Source: Heteronotia binoei (Eukaryota). Taken from it: a DNA stretch of 64,000 bases. Below, piece after piece: positions 39,001 to 51,000 of this stretch. The stretch covers positions 53,196,001 to 53,260,000 of the forward strand of contig NC_083236.1 in assembly GCF_032191835.1 (NCBI RefSeq), in the 5' to 3' direction. How positions within the stretch are numbered: position 1 is the first letter of the stretch; each line of letters starts with the position of its first letter. The notes below the pieces were generated by a model. That model did not search any database. It was not told the DNA's origin and saw only the letters and a list, made by a program, of their open reading frames with translations. Position numbers and translations under genes: made by a program.

Positions 39001-42000
39001 TTGAACAATGAAGGATATCTTTGAAATGTTTGTCTTTAAAAAGTATTTCTCTCATTCCAAAAGAGAAAATATTCCTTGGGACAGGAACTCATTAGTATGT
39101 GAGGCCACACCTCTGACATAACCATCATTTGTATACTAGGCCACACCTCTGACTCACCATCATTTGCATATTAGGCTGCACCTCTGACATCACCACCATT
39201 TGCATGCTAGGCCACACCAATGACATCACCACCATTTGCATACTAGGCCTCACCTCTGACATCACCAAAAGTGCTATAATATCTTTTTTGAGCTGGTCAC
39301 CACACCTCAAAAAAGATATTCTAGCATTGGAAAAAGTTCACAAATATATAGCCATTCCAGAAAAAATAAATCAAATTCCAACACGCTACTCGATCACAAG
39401 AGCCAGCATGGTATAGTGCAGAAAGAAAGAAAGAGAGAAAGAAAGAGAGAAAGAGAGAGAAAGGGAGGGAGGAGGGGGACAGTGGGGCAGTAGGAAGGCA
39501 AACGGAAAAAATAAATATTGACAGAAAGACTGACAGAAAGAAAGAGTTGGGGAGTGGAAAATAAAGCAAATAGACAAGAGAAAAAGAAAGACTGCAGAAA
39601 GAAAAAATGAATGAATAAAAGGGAGAGAGAGTTAGAAAAGAAGGAAGGAAAAGGGAGGGGAGGAGGGGAAGAAAGGAAAAAAAGAAAGGAAAAGAACAAA
39701 AGAAATGGAAAGGGGATGGGAGCAACTCACCTTAAAAACTGCTGACTCTGTGCTGCATGGTTGGTTTTGTAGAGCTCCGCTGGCCGGCACAACAATGGGA
39801 AGCCCCTGTGCAAGCACGGTTGGGCCCCCTGAGCTTCACCGGCCGGCGCAACGATAGGAAGCCCCCACGCAAGTGTGGTTGGACCCCCTGAGCTCTGCAA
39901 GCCGGCATGACAACGGGAAGCCCCGGCGAAAGCGCGATTGGGCCCCTGAGCTCCGCAGGCTGGTGCGACAACAGGAAGCCCCTGTGGAAGCACGGTTGGG
40001 CCCCCTGAGTGCCACCGGCTGGCACAACGATGAGAAGCCCCCACACAAGTGGGGTTGGGCCCCCTGAGCTCTGCAGGCCGGTGTGACGATGGAAGCCCCC
40101 GTGCAAGCGCGGTTGGGCCCCCCGAGCTCTGCTGGCCGGCGCGACAATGGGAAGCCCCTGTGCAAGCGCGGTTGGGCTCCCTGAGCCCCACAGCTAATGG
40201 GATGTTGGGAGGCCTCTGCACAAGTGTGGCTTAGCCCCCTGAGCCCAGTGGCCAGCTGGGAAGCCGCCTGGGGTGAACCGGAACGCTGATGTAGGTAGCC
40301 GGAATGCTGCCCCTGCCAGCCGGAATGCTGTTCCGGTGCATTCCGGCTCAAAAAAAGCCCTGTTTGGGACTCTTCTTAAGGGCTCCTCAATAGTTCCAAT
40401 TTTTCCATTGGAAAGATAGGAAGGAGTCAGCCAGTGAGGGGGGTCGGGGATAGTCTCCCCCACTTTTTTGAATTATTTTTCTAGGCCTTCACACCTCTAT
40501 TAAAATATAATTCTCAGAGGCCAGGAAGCCCGTTTAACTTGCATATTTTTGTAAGTACATATTTTGGGGAAATTGAATTAATCTCCTTACTTTTCTGTAA
40601 TGCTTCTCTCATTTATTAGTTCTCTTTCTCTGCTTTCCCAGTCTCCGCGTGAACCAGTTCCCTTCCTTGTCCCAAGGTTAATGCCGTACTCTCAATTTCC
40701 TTTATTTCGCTCTTCTCACCCACCCCAGTGAACAAAATTAACCTTCTCCCAGAAATAGTATTCTGGTCCCAGTAATGATTAGATTGGGTGTCTCATTATC
40801 GATTTGTGTGCTGGGTTTCCTGCTGAAATAGATACAGATCTTGACAGCCCCATTACTGTAAAGACTTCCAATCCAATACAGCCTATTCAACCTCCGTCCG
40901 TCAGAGTTTGGCAGGCTGTGCCTCTAAAGAGTTGCCTCCTTAAACTCAACTCGCTCTTTTTCCCTCTCCCTTCTTTTATACCAAGAGAATGACTCACATA
41001 AGCAATTACAGACGGAGAAGACTTTGTCCGTGAACGTCTCTCTCTTGGTTTCCAGGCTGCATCATTGTGTAGCCTCTAGGCTGTTTTCCAAACGATGTGT
41101 TCTGCATTGTTGTATCAGCATCGATGGGGAGAGAAGTACTGTAATTGAGTCTGAGAACCGATGTCTCCTTCCTACCCTTTTCTTCATGGAGTGTTGTAAG
41201 CTCCATTCAGAGCTGTCGCAGCAGCACTTTCGTTTTGCCTTTGGCATGAGACGAACGTTCTCTAGCTGAACCTGCTTTATCGTCCCTTGCCTGATGGTAC
41301 CTTTGACCATGGGTGGTCAAACTTGCTTAACATAAGAGCCGCATAGAATAAACATCGGATGTTTGAGAGCCACAAGACATGAATGCCGGATGTTTTGAGC
41401 GCAGGAAGGATGAAAGGGGTGGGAAGAAAGCAATTTTAACTTTAAATGTGTTCTGAAGCTGCTGGCTGACTTAGCTCGGGAAAGTGATATAAAGAGAGAA
41501 ATGCAAACCGACTGACAGGGTGATGGGAGCTTCGAGAGCCATACAATATGTGTGAAAGAGCCACATGCGACTCCCAAGCCACACTTTGGCCACCCCCTAC
41601 CTTTGACCATGTGCGGCGCTTCTATCCAGGAGTAGCCCACAAATCTACTATCCGGAGATCACACATGCCCAGCTTCAGCCATATTTGGCACCCACAGAAA
41701 ACAACCACGAGTCTTGTAACATCTTCATGTGTTTGTTTTGGCATAAGGTTGTGCAAACCCAGAGCCCACTTTGCCAGATGGATTCTGATTCACGAAAGTT
41801 TATGCTTCAGATGCATTCATCTGTCCTTAAGGAGCAGTGATCATTTGGCTGCAACAGACTGGCACAGCTACGCTACCCATCTGGAATTCAGTCGAAAACG
41901 GCCATTAGTTTAATTAAACCCATTGGGAGAGCACAGTTAAGTAGCTGGACTTTCTTAGAAACTTAAGGAAATAATCACCATACAAAACACATCAGTGCTG

Positions 42001-45000
42001 TTCTTTTAGTTCTAACTAGACAGTTTTTGTTTTTTTTAAAGGAGGCATTTAAAAGTTGGGTGTAATGTAAATGGCATGAGTTCGATTCCAGTGGAAGCTG
42101 GATTCAGGTAGCCGGCTCAAGGTTAACTCAGCCTTCCATCCTTCCAAGGTCAGTAAAATGAGTACCTGGCTTGCTGGACGTAAAGTGTAGATGTCTGGGG
42201 AAGGCAATGGCAAACCACCCCATAAAAAGTCTGCCAAGAAAACGTCATGGCGTTTGCAAAGGGGACTCTCTCTCTCTCTCTCTCTCTCTCAGCTTGACTT
42301 CGCGAACGAAGATTTAAGAAGGGTGCAGTAGTCCACGTCTGCTGCAGGCTCGCTGGTGGCTGACAAGACCAATGCGGGACAGGCAGATCCGGCCACAGGG
42401 GCTGCAGGGAAAAGTCTGATTTGGGGTTGGTGCTGTATTTTTTGACCGCAAGTAAGGATGCCCGTTGACCGCGGCTAGCCAACTGGGGTGGGGGAGACGA
42501 GCTTTGTTTAGGCCACCTTTTCTAGGCCCCTCTCCATGTGGAGCAAGCAGTGCTGTCCCTAGATAAGGCTGCTTGGTCATTCAGGGTGCTGCCGAAAGAT
42601 GCTTTCGTCTCCGGGTCAGCATCAGGCGACCAATACCCTGAACCGCCTACATGCAGGATCGGGACTGCGGCTTCCAGTGGCATCTTCCACCTGCCGTTTC
42701 GCCCCTTGCCCATCGCTGCAGGACTTGGTGTGTTGTGGGTTGTGGATGTGGATATGCCCTTCAGGCCTGCGCAGAGGAATTTACCTTTACCTTTACTAAA
42801 TGGTTGGTAAGGTGGAAGACGTTCTTATTCAGAATGAGCATCTCATGTGTTGTGGTCCAATGAGCAGGATGTTTTGAAAGAGAGAGGGATAACCAATCAA
42901 AATTGCTTCTGGGGACTCCTTTCGTCTTTTCCCCTCCAACGGCCTTTGCAACTGCCACCGCATGGGACTCTTGTTTATTTTCTTATTGCCTGCAACCCAG
43001 CAGGCTCTTCTGTATGAGATCCAGCCAACTCACACTTACCCAGTAGATGCAGTGGATTTAGACAAAAAGAGAGAGAAAGTTTCTGACACTTAAGGTGCTT
43101 ATGCAAAAAAAAAATCAGAGTTTTTACTTGTTCAGTTCAGCTTCATATATAAAAACTATAAGAGCATTCTGGGTAAGAAAATGAGGGAGATCATATCCAG
43201 CCAAACTTACCTAGACGGTCCACTCCCCTGACAGAGTCTAAAAGAAATCGATTTCTTTTAGCTACACCGAATTCCTTTCTGAGGGCAAGTCCTTTGCCTC
43301 CTTATAGCAGCCAAGATCTCCAGGAAAGATTTCTCCTCAGTTCTTTTTCAATGATGTTCTGCCTCTTGACGTCCGTATTTGAACCCTTTCTTCTTGCTTC
43401 TCGGCCTCAGAGTGCTCTTATTCACGTAGCCTAGATTGAGAACTACCTCCCGGGTTTTGACCAGTCAATTCCTGCCTTTCAGTTCTCCAGACCCCAATCA
43501 ATGCCTGGTTTTCAATTTGGCAGACCAATCCCTGCCTTTCAGTTCTCCAGACTATCAAGGGACCCACTCTTTTGCTTCCATTTCCTAGGCTGACCTTATG
43601 ACCCTTATGCTGAAAAGAGACCAATGCATTTTGGGGTTTCCCCCCCTTTCTTTCTCATGTTTAGGATTAGACATAACCAGAACTAATCGCCAAGTGGTAG
43701 AAGCAGTTCCATTCTTTCACACCATGAACCATAGAATCATAGAATCGCAGGATCATAGAAGCATAAGAGTTGGAAGGGACCTCCAGGGTCATCTAGTCCA
43801 CCTTTACAATGCAGGAAACTCACAAATAAGTGCTTGCACAGGGGACTACCTTTACCATTTAAAAAAAATTCACAGAATCAAAATTCGCCAGATTTAATTC
43901 TGCCCAAAGGGCTGAGCCCTCCCTGTTTCTGACTGCCAGAAGCACACATCAAAACCGAGAGGTTTATTGGTTGCAGCAGGTCACACACTACATGGCTGGT
44001 GTTCACTTGGGTGGGTCACAAGCAACACAGACTTGGTGTGTCCCAGCAAGATCAAACTCTTCTGCCGCCCCCCCCCCCTCTTCCTAGTGGGGACCTCGAG
44101 CAGCCTGCATTTGTTATGCCTGTTTGGGGTTGGAAAGCAGCACTCAATTCAGCCATTGTTTTTGTTCTTCAGGTGGATCGTGCATGCCATGAAGTACGAG
44201 CTGAAGATCCGCGCCGGGGAGTTGGCTCCTGTCGACTTGTACCAGCTGTCACCCAGTGAAGTGAAGCAGCTTCTTCTGGACATTCTTCAGCCGCAGCAGC
44301 AAGGAAGGTAAAGGACCAGGGTGTTTTTTTTAGCAGGAACGCAGTTCTGGCTGGCTTGGCGTCAGGGAATGTGGCCTAATACGCAAATGAGTTTTAACAA
44401 AAAAAAAGCTCTGTAAATGGACACAGTTTCCAGCTTTATATTGTTGTTGCTTACCTTTTGCAGCCTGTTCCCCCCCCCACCCCCAAAATCACTCCTCTAT
44501 TTTTTGGTATCAGAAAAAACAAAATATGCTTTTGTTAGCTCAATTGTTCAGGATTTTCAAGGCTCCGTTTAACGTGAGCTCGCCTGGCCTTTATCCCCGC
44601 ACACGGCTTTGTTTTATCATCAGATTTTGCTACCGCAGTCAGTGGGCATCTGGAATATAGGATTTCTCTCACCTAGTTTGACATTGGGAAGGGAGCCAGC
44701 GTAACCCAAAGGTTAGTTACTTAAGGAGCTTGTTTCAATCACAGCGCAGCTTTCCTGCTGATTGCCGAACTCTTTCTTTGGGTTGTCTCTAAATCCCCTC
44801 TCAGCTTGCTCAGGCTGCAGCAGTGTATTGCTTCTCCAAGTCTACCTTCTTGGTTAATATTAGCAGACAGGACATGTCTGTACATGTGTGTGGTGTTGTG
44901 CAGTTACTTAAACCTAAGCCAAGGGGTGGAAATCAGAAGCTGAACTCAGACATCGCAACAAACGATAACTGAACAGGGGGTTCTCCCGTTGGGCACGGAC

Positions 45001-48000
45001 ATAGCTAGTCTGCTCTGCTGACACGATCCCCTCACTCCTCCTGCGCAAGAAGCTTGATTGAAGACTTCCTGGTTTGCTCAAGCCCTGATTCGCTATAACA
45101 GATTTCTTTGGCAAATTGGAGGTGGGGCAAACTCCAGTTTTCTGCAGTGCTTGCAGTCCAGACATCGCACCAAATCAGAGTGCAATCAAACTAGGGAAGT
45201 GTTCTAACTTGGCTCAGGGAGTGTCCTAACTCGGCCTCTGAAATCTGCGGATCCCTGGTCACGCGAGGGACTTCGGCAGTCCAAGACCGACTGAAACAAA
45301 GAAGCTTTAATCAGCTTTCAGGAAAGCCTCCAAGTGTGGCCTGGAGATCTTCTGGAATTACAACTGGTCTCCAAATGTCAGATATCAGTTCCTCTGGGGA
45401 AAAGGGCTGCTTTGGAGGGCAGATTCTATGCTGTTAGACCCCACTGAGGTCCTTCCCTTCCCCAAACCCCACCTTCCCCAGGCTGCTCCATCAAATCTCC
45501 AGGGATTTCTCAACCCGGAGCTGGCAGCCCTGCTTCAGAATGTCGTCAGCAGGGGTGGAATTCTAGCAGGAGCTCCTTTGCATATTAGGCCACACACCCC
45601 TGATGTAGCCAGTCCTCCAAGAACTTACAAGGCTCTTTTTTGTAAGCTCTTGGGGATTGGCTACGTCAGGAGTGTGTGGCCTAATATGCAAAGGAGCTCT
45701 TGCTAGAATTCCACCCCTGGTCATCAGGGACAATGCCTGATGAATATCTTGAAACAGTTACTACAAAGGCCCTGATACATAACTGGGTATCTGCATCAAG
45801 GTCTCAATTCCCTCCCCTCCTTAGTTTTATTCACCACTTTGAAGCTATGGTATAAAGCAGTATAAATCAAAAGATGGGCTCTCTTGTCTGAGAGCTATTA
45901 AAGATAGAATCCTTCAGCTGGAATTTTCAAGTATGAAAAAACATTTCCGCATGCTTCTGTGGCATTGTGCTTGTTTTTTTAAAGGATGTCAGTTATCGCT
46001 AGTTAGGCTTCGGGGTCTATTAATACAAAGTGACGTTTTTAAATAACTTGGAACATTTGGTGTGGCCAATCCTCTGCCAACAAATCTGCACGTACGTGTG
46101 CGCTTTTAATACCAACACCTTTTCCCCCTCCTCCTTTAAAGGAGGAGTGTTTAATTTTCTCTTGGGGGGAGGGAGACTCTGTTAACATTGATAAAACAGG
46201 TTTGGGTTTTTTTGTACTGAGAGATATGAAAAATGCGCTCTTGCTTATTTTCTACTCACCTGCTTCTTGGGAAGATGAAGTTCCTGGTGGAAAAAAAAAA
46301 TTAGTTCTTCTAAGCCCCTTAGCTTATTTTATGATATCAGTTTCTGTAGAGAATCAGCAAAGTAGTTCTTTCTGGGCTACGTATAGAGAGAGATCTTCAA
46401 AGGCAAGAGCTACTCTGTGGAGATATTGCTGCCAGAAGGAAAAAATGCACTTAGAATAATTTTAAAAGTTAACAGAAAACTTTAGAGGATTTTTTTTTTT
46501 AAAATACCAGTTTATAGGCCAGGCAGATTTTTAATAGGAAACCCACATTGCATTGCATAGAGCTGGGGGTTCTTGTTAAATGAAAGGTCATCTTCTTGCC
46601 TGCGATCTCTCGGCCGGGAAGCAGAATACAGACCAGCTAAGCCATAAGTACATTTAGATCCCAAATTTGAATAAACTGGCACATTGTTTCCATGTGCTGT
46701 GTGAATTATCCTTTCTTACATGACACGTTCTGCAACCCCACATGTTCACAAGACGTGTGTACCTTCAATCCTCCCCTCAATCAGCTGAACATCCATACAC
46801 ACGTCTTGTGTTCATAGCACTAGATCCATCCAGTTTTTCCACTGGTGCAAAACAGAGGCAGCTATCTCCTTTGATCATCTTAAAAGCTGTTCTGGGGAGC
46901 ATAGGACCTTTATGGACAAAAGTCACATGGGAAGAGGGCGGTAGTAAAGAGGGAAATGTGTGTGTTAAGTGATGGAAGGTCACTTCAGCTGATGGTGACC
47001 CTGTGAATTAGTGGCCTCCCAAAATGTCCTGTTGTTTACAACCTTGCTCGTATCTTGCAAACTGAGGCCCACAGCTTCCTTGATTGAGTTTGGTCTTCCT
47101 CCTTTCCTACCACCTTTTACTTTGGTCGTCCTCTTTTCCTCCTGCCTTCTATTTTTCTTAGCATGATTGTCTTTGCCAGTGACTCTTGTCTTCACATTAT
47201 GTGGCCAAAGTATGATAGCCTCAGTTTAGTCATTTTAGCTTGAGGGAGAGTTCAGGCTTGATCCATAAAATCATAGAGTTGGAAGGGACTTCTAGGGTCA
47301 TCTAGGTCCAACCCTCTACACAATACAGGGATTTCACAAATACCTCCCCTCTCACACACAAACATACATCCCCAGTGACCCTGCTCCATGCCCAGAAGAT
47401 GGCAAAAACCTCCAGGATCCCTGGCCAGACTGGCCTGGAGAAAAATTGCTGACTGACCCCATAGTGTCAATCAGCATTTCTCTGGGTGTGTAAGAAAGGG
47501 CTACGAGAACTAAGCACTGAAGCAACCCTTCCTGACCTCCTTCCCATGATCTGCCTAATTCACAAAATCAACATTGCTGTCAGATTCGATCTAGATAAAC
47601 TAGGTGAGACTAAGTGAAAAACCTGGCTGGATCCAAGTCATAATAGCTTCCATTCTTTCTGCCCAAGAGATGTAATAGAGATCTCTTCCACCACACTTTT
47701 CAGTTCTGCTGGTCTCAAAAAATGCACTAAGGGGACCAGAGCAGACAGAACATCCCAACAAGGAGCAATCATGGCGGCCTTTGCCTGGCTTTATGGACTC
47801 CCAATGATGGAGTCCTCTTACCTATGGAAACAGGGAGCCAGTCTGTCGGTCTTCAGCATTGTCAACAAACACAATAAATGGGGAGCCAGGCAACTTGCCT
47901 GTCTTGGGTGAGGGGAAAGTTGCCTCTATCTCCTGCCCCGTCTCTGAACTTTTCTTGCCTCAAAAACCCTAAAGGGTCACCATAAATTCAACTGTGACTT

Positions 48001-51000
48001 TATTTTTTTTTTTTTTAAAAAATCTTGTCATGTCTCGACACTGGTATATTTGTCTCTTTGGAGGAAACCTATGAAGATGCATTCACGTATCTTTCAGCAT
48101 ATCATTTAGTTTGCTCCTAAGCATTCCACCTTTAGAAAACTTCCATATTGTCCTTCAGTCTACATTATTTTTGTGTCTGCCTGTTCTTGCTAAAACCCCT
48201 TATGAATATTGATTTGCTTAAAATACTAGCAATGTTGACTTCCTAAATTAAATATTATCTTTAAAAAAAAAAAAAAGACGCTGCTGAGAAAAGTGGATGA
48301 CAACTGAGACGAATCACAAGCAACACTCTGCTTGAATTTTTCAAACTTGACAAATATGCGAAAATATCTGAACAGCTAGGATGCTTTTTCTGCACCAAAA
48401 GGCTTTGCTCTATCAGATTAACTTTCTGGTCATGACCCAAAGAGATTAATGTGGTTCTGTTCCTTTGTTTTTCCACTTAAGGAAATTTCACTTTTTTTTT
48501 AGAAGATCTTTAGACCTTTTAGTACGGTTCACATTTAAGCACCACGCTAGCTTTTAAAGCCAAACCTCTTGCTTCATTCTCATTAGCATCTGGGTTTTTT
48601 GTCTCTTTGTTAAAATAACCTCAAGAAACATTTTACAAGAAAGGCACTGCAGTAGACTGTGTTTTGCTTTATTAATTGATTGCCTTTTTCTCTTTATTTC
48701 CGACTGGGTTTAATTAATCCTCAAAGTAAGTATTATTTTGATCTAGAAGCAGATTCCCCCCCACCCTTAAAGGCCATCAACATGTGTGTGTATTGTTTGT
48801 TTGTTTTTTGCATCCTCAGGTGCTGGCTGCACAGACGGCAGATTGATGGCTCCCTAAACCGAACCCCCAGCGGGTTCTACGACAGGGTGTGGCAGATTTT
48901 GGAGAGGACCCCCAACGGTTTAATAGTAGCTGAGAAATTTTTGCCGCAGGTAAAATCACACACCTGGTCCTGGATCCAGAATAATTTGGGAACTTCTTGC
49001 CTTTATTTCTTTTACTAGTGAACCTAAGAAGCTAGAGCAGGGGGGCCAAACTTGCTTAATGTAGAAGGAAGGAAGGAAGGAAGGAAGGAAGGAAGGAAGG
49101 AAGGAAGGAAGGAAGGAAGGAAGGAAGGAAGGAAGGAGTTAAATAGTGAGTTTGATGCGGCAGAGTTCAACCAGGAACATGCTTTATTAAAGAACTACAC
49201 ATGAAAGGCAAAATGATGCGGCCGAGACCCCGCTTATAAACATGCAAACAAAACACCCCCTGGAATCCCATACCCAATCACAGCGGTCAGGTTTTGCGCC
49301 AAGACCGCTCATTGGCTTCTGTTCAGAGTTCAAATCTATCAAGTATTTTAGGCCTTCCCACGGTTACCCAGATGTATGCAAAAGCTGCCGCGAGACATTA
49401 AATTCAGTACACAACAGAAGGAAAAGAAGGAAAGCAACTAGAGGGCAGGGAAGGTGAAAAGAAAAAAAACTTTACCTTTAAACTTAACTGGTTGGCTTGG
49501 CTTAGAGAAGAGATTCAAAGAGACAAGTGCCTTCTCCAAGCCAGCCGATGGGGTAGTGGGGGCTTCAGGAGCCACACACGTGTGGCTCCCAAGCTGCAGT
49601 TTGGCCACCCCTGATCTAGGGGATTTGCTTTGAACCAAAACATTAGGCTTCACTCTTCCCCTACCCATTGTGTATGGCCCAATCTAGTAGTTTTTAAGAA
49701 AACAAGAGCTGCCAGTGTAGTCTCAGAACAAGGGTCTATCTAGTCCAGTACACAGTCTCCAATTATATATTCCCTAGAATGCCACCAACAGAACAAGATA
49801 GAAATAGCCATTTTCCCCTCAAGCGTGCAATAAAGGTACACCATCTCTAAACATGGTGTTTCCACTTAGCTGTCCTGCTGACTAACTACTATCAGTAAGC
49901 TTGTCCTCCCGTGAGATTGCCTCATCTTTTTAAAAAAGCTATCTAAGCCAGAAGATGTCGTTGGCTTTGGGTGACCATGAATTCCAAATGGAAAGGTCCT
50001 TGTCTTTCTTGTCTCGCAACTTGCTATTGTCCTTCAGTTTCACTGAATGACTCTGAATCATGTAGTCTGTAAAGAGAAAATTATTTCCCTCCCTTTCATG
50101 GTGCTATAGATCTTTGCAGCAAGAAACAATGGCAAGCCACCTCTGCACATCTCTTGCTTTGAAAACCCCATGGGGTGGTTTTGTTTTTGTTTTTCTGCTG
50201 TAAGTCATTTATGACTTGATGGCATTTAATTATTATAATTATAGCAAGCCCCCACCCCCAACATCTGGTAAGCTAAAATTTATTTATTTATTTCATGGGA
50301 TTCTATCCCGCCCATCCTGCCACGGCAGACTCAAGGCAGGTTAAAGGCATAAATAAATTACAGTGTGACAATAAAAGCTTAAAATGCACAATATACAGCA
50401 TCCAAATTGTAAAAGCTCCTTTTTAATGGGCACAGCTGCTCAAAGACATACCTGCAGATCCTGTACCAGTAAGAACTCTTCCTCCTTATCAGTACTGAAA
50501 CAGATTCTCTTGCATATTTGTTCACAGATATGGGCATGCTCTCTACATTGAAACAAATGATATTTGGGGTTGGGTCATTTCTGGCTAGCCTTCAAGCAAG
50601 TCACCATCTATCTGCCTCAGCTTCTTTATCTGTATAATTTGAAGGATGGGGATCTAGTTCATACAGAAACTTTACACAATTGTGTTATACGCATGTCACA
50701 TCCATGCAGGGATATTCTATTTGGTCATATTTTTAAAAGCTCATGGTGTTTGGTTCTTTTCCCCCCCTCCATTTTCTCTTCAACAGCTGCATGAGGGAAG
50801 TTAGCCTAAAAGTGAATGACTGGCCCAGTGTCACCAAGAGATTTATGGCTCAGTGGGGTTTTGAACCTTAGTTTTCCCAATCGTAGACCAGCACTAAATC
50901 TTCTCTGCTCTCTTTAACGCCAGAAAAGCTTTGGTTGTTGGAGATTCTGATGCTGGAACAAGGGCTTATTCTCAGGGGACCACTAGTTTATTAGAGGAGA

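Larger units (their letters stand above)
39083..40362 (+). mobile_element. Composite 1.28-kb subfamily-C hAT derivative carrying minisatellites and a CR1 piece
   Basis: Left aggaactcatt... and right ...ccggctcaaaaaaagccctg match the two halves of 10023-10163; flanks CTTGGGAC/TTTGGGAC. Confidence 0.6.

Noticed and set aside
39090-40190. CRISPR-like arrays
   Set aside because: Head-to-tail units without unique spacers, in a vertebrate intron: minisatellites.
39321-40351. Long minus-strand ORFs (134, 164, 171 aa)
   Set aside because: By-products of low-complexity and tandem repeats.
42599-42625. Hammerhead ribozyme core (CTGATG...CGAAA, minus strand)
   Set aside because: Reads CUGAUGC rather than CUGAUGA and I could not build stems I-III with a cleavage triplet; an Infernal search would be needed to revive it.
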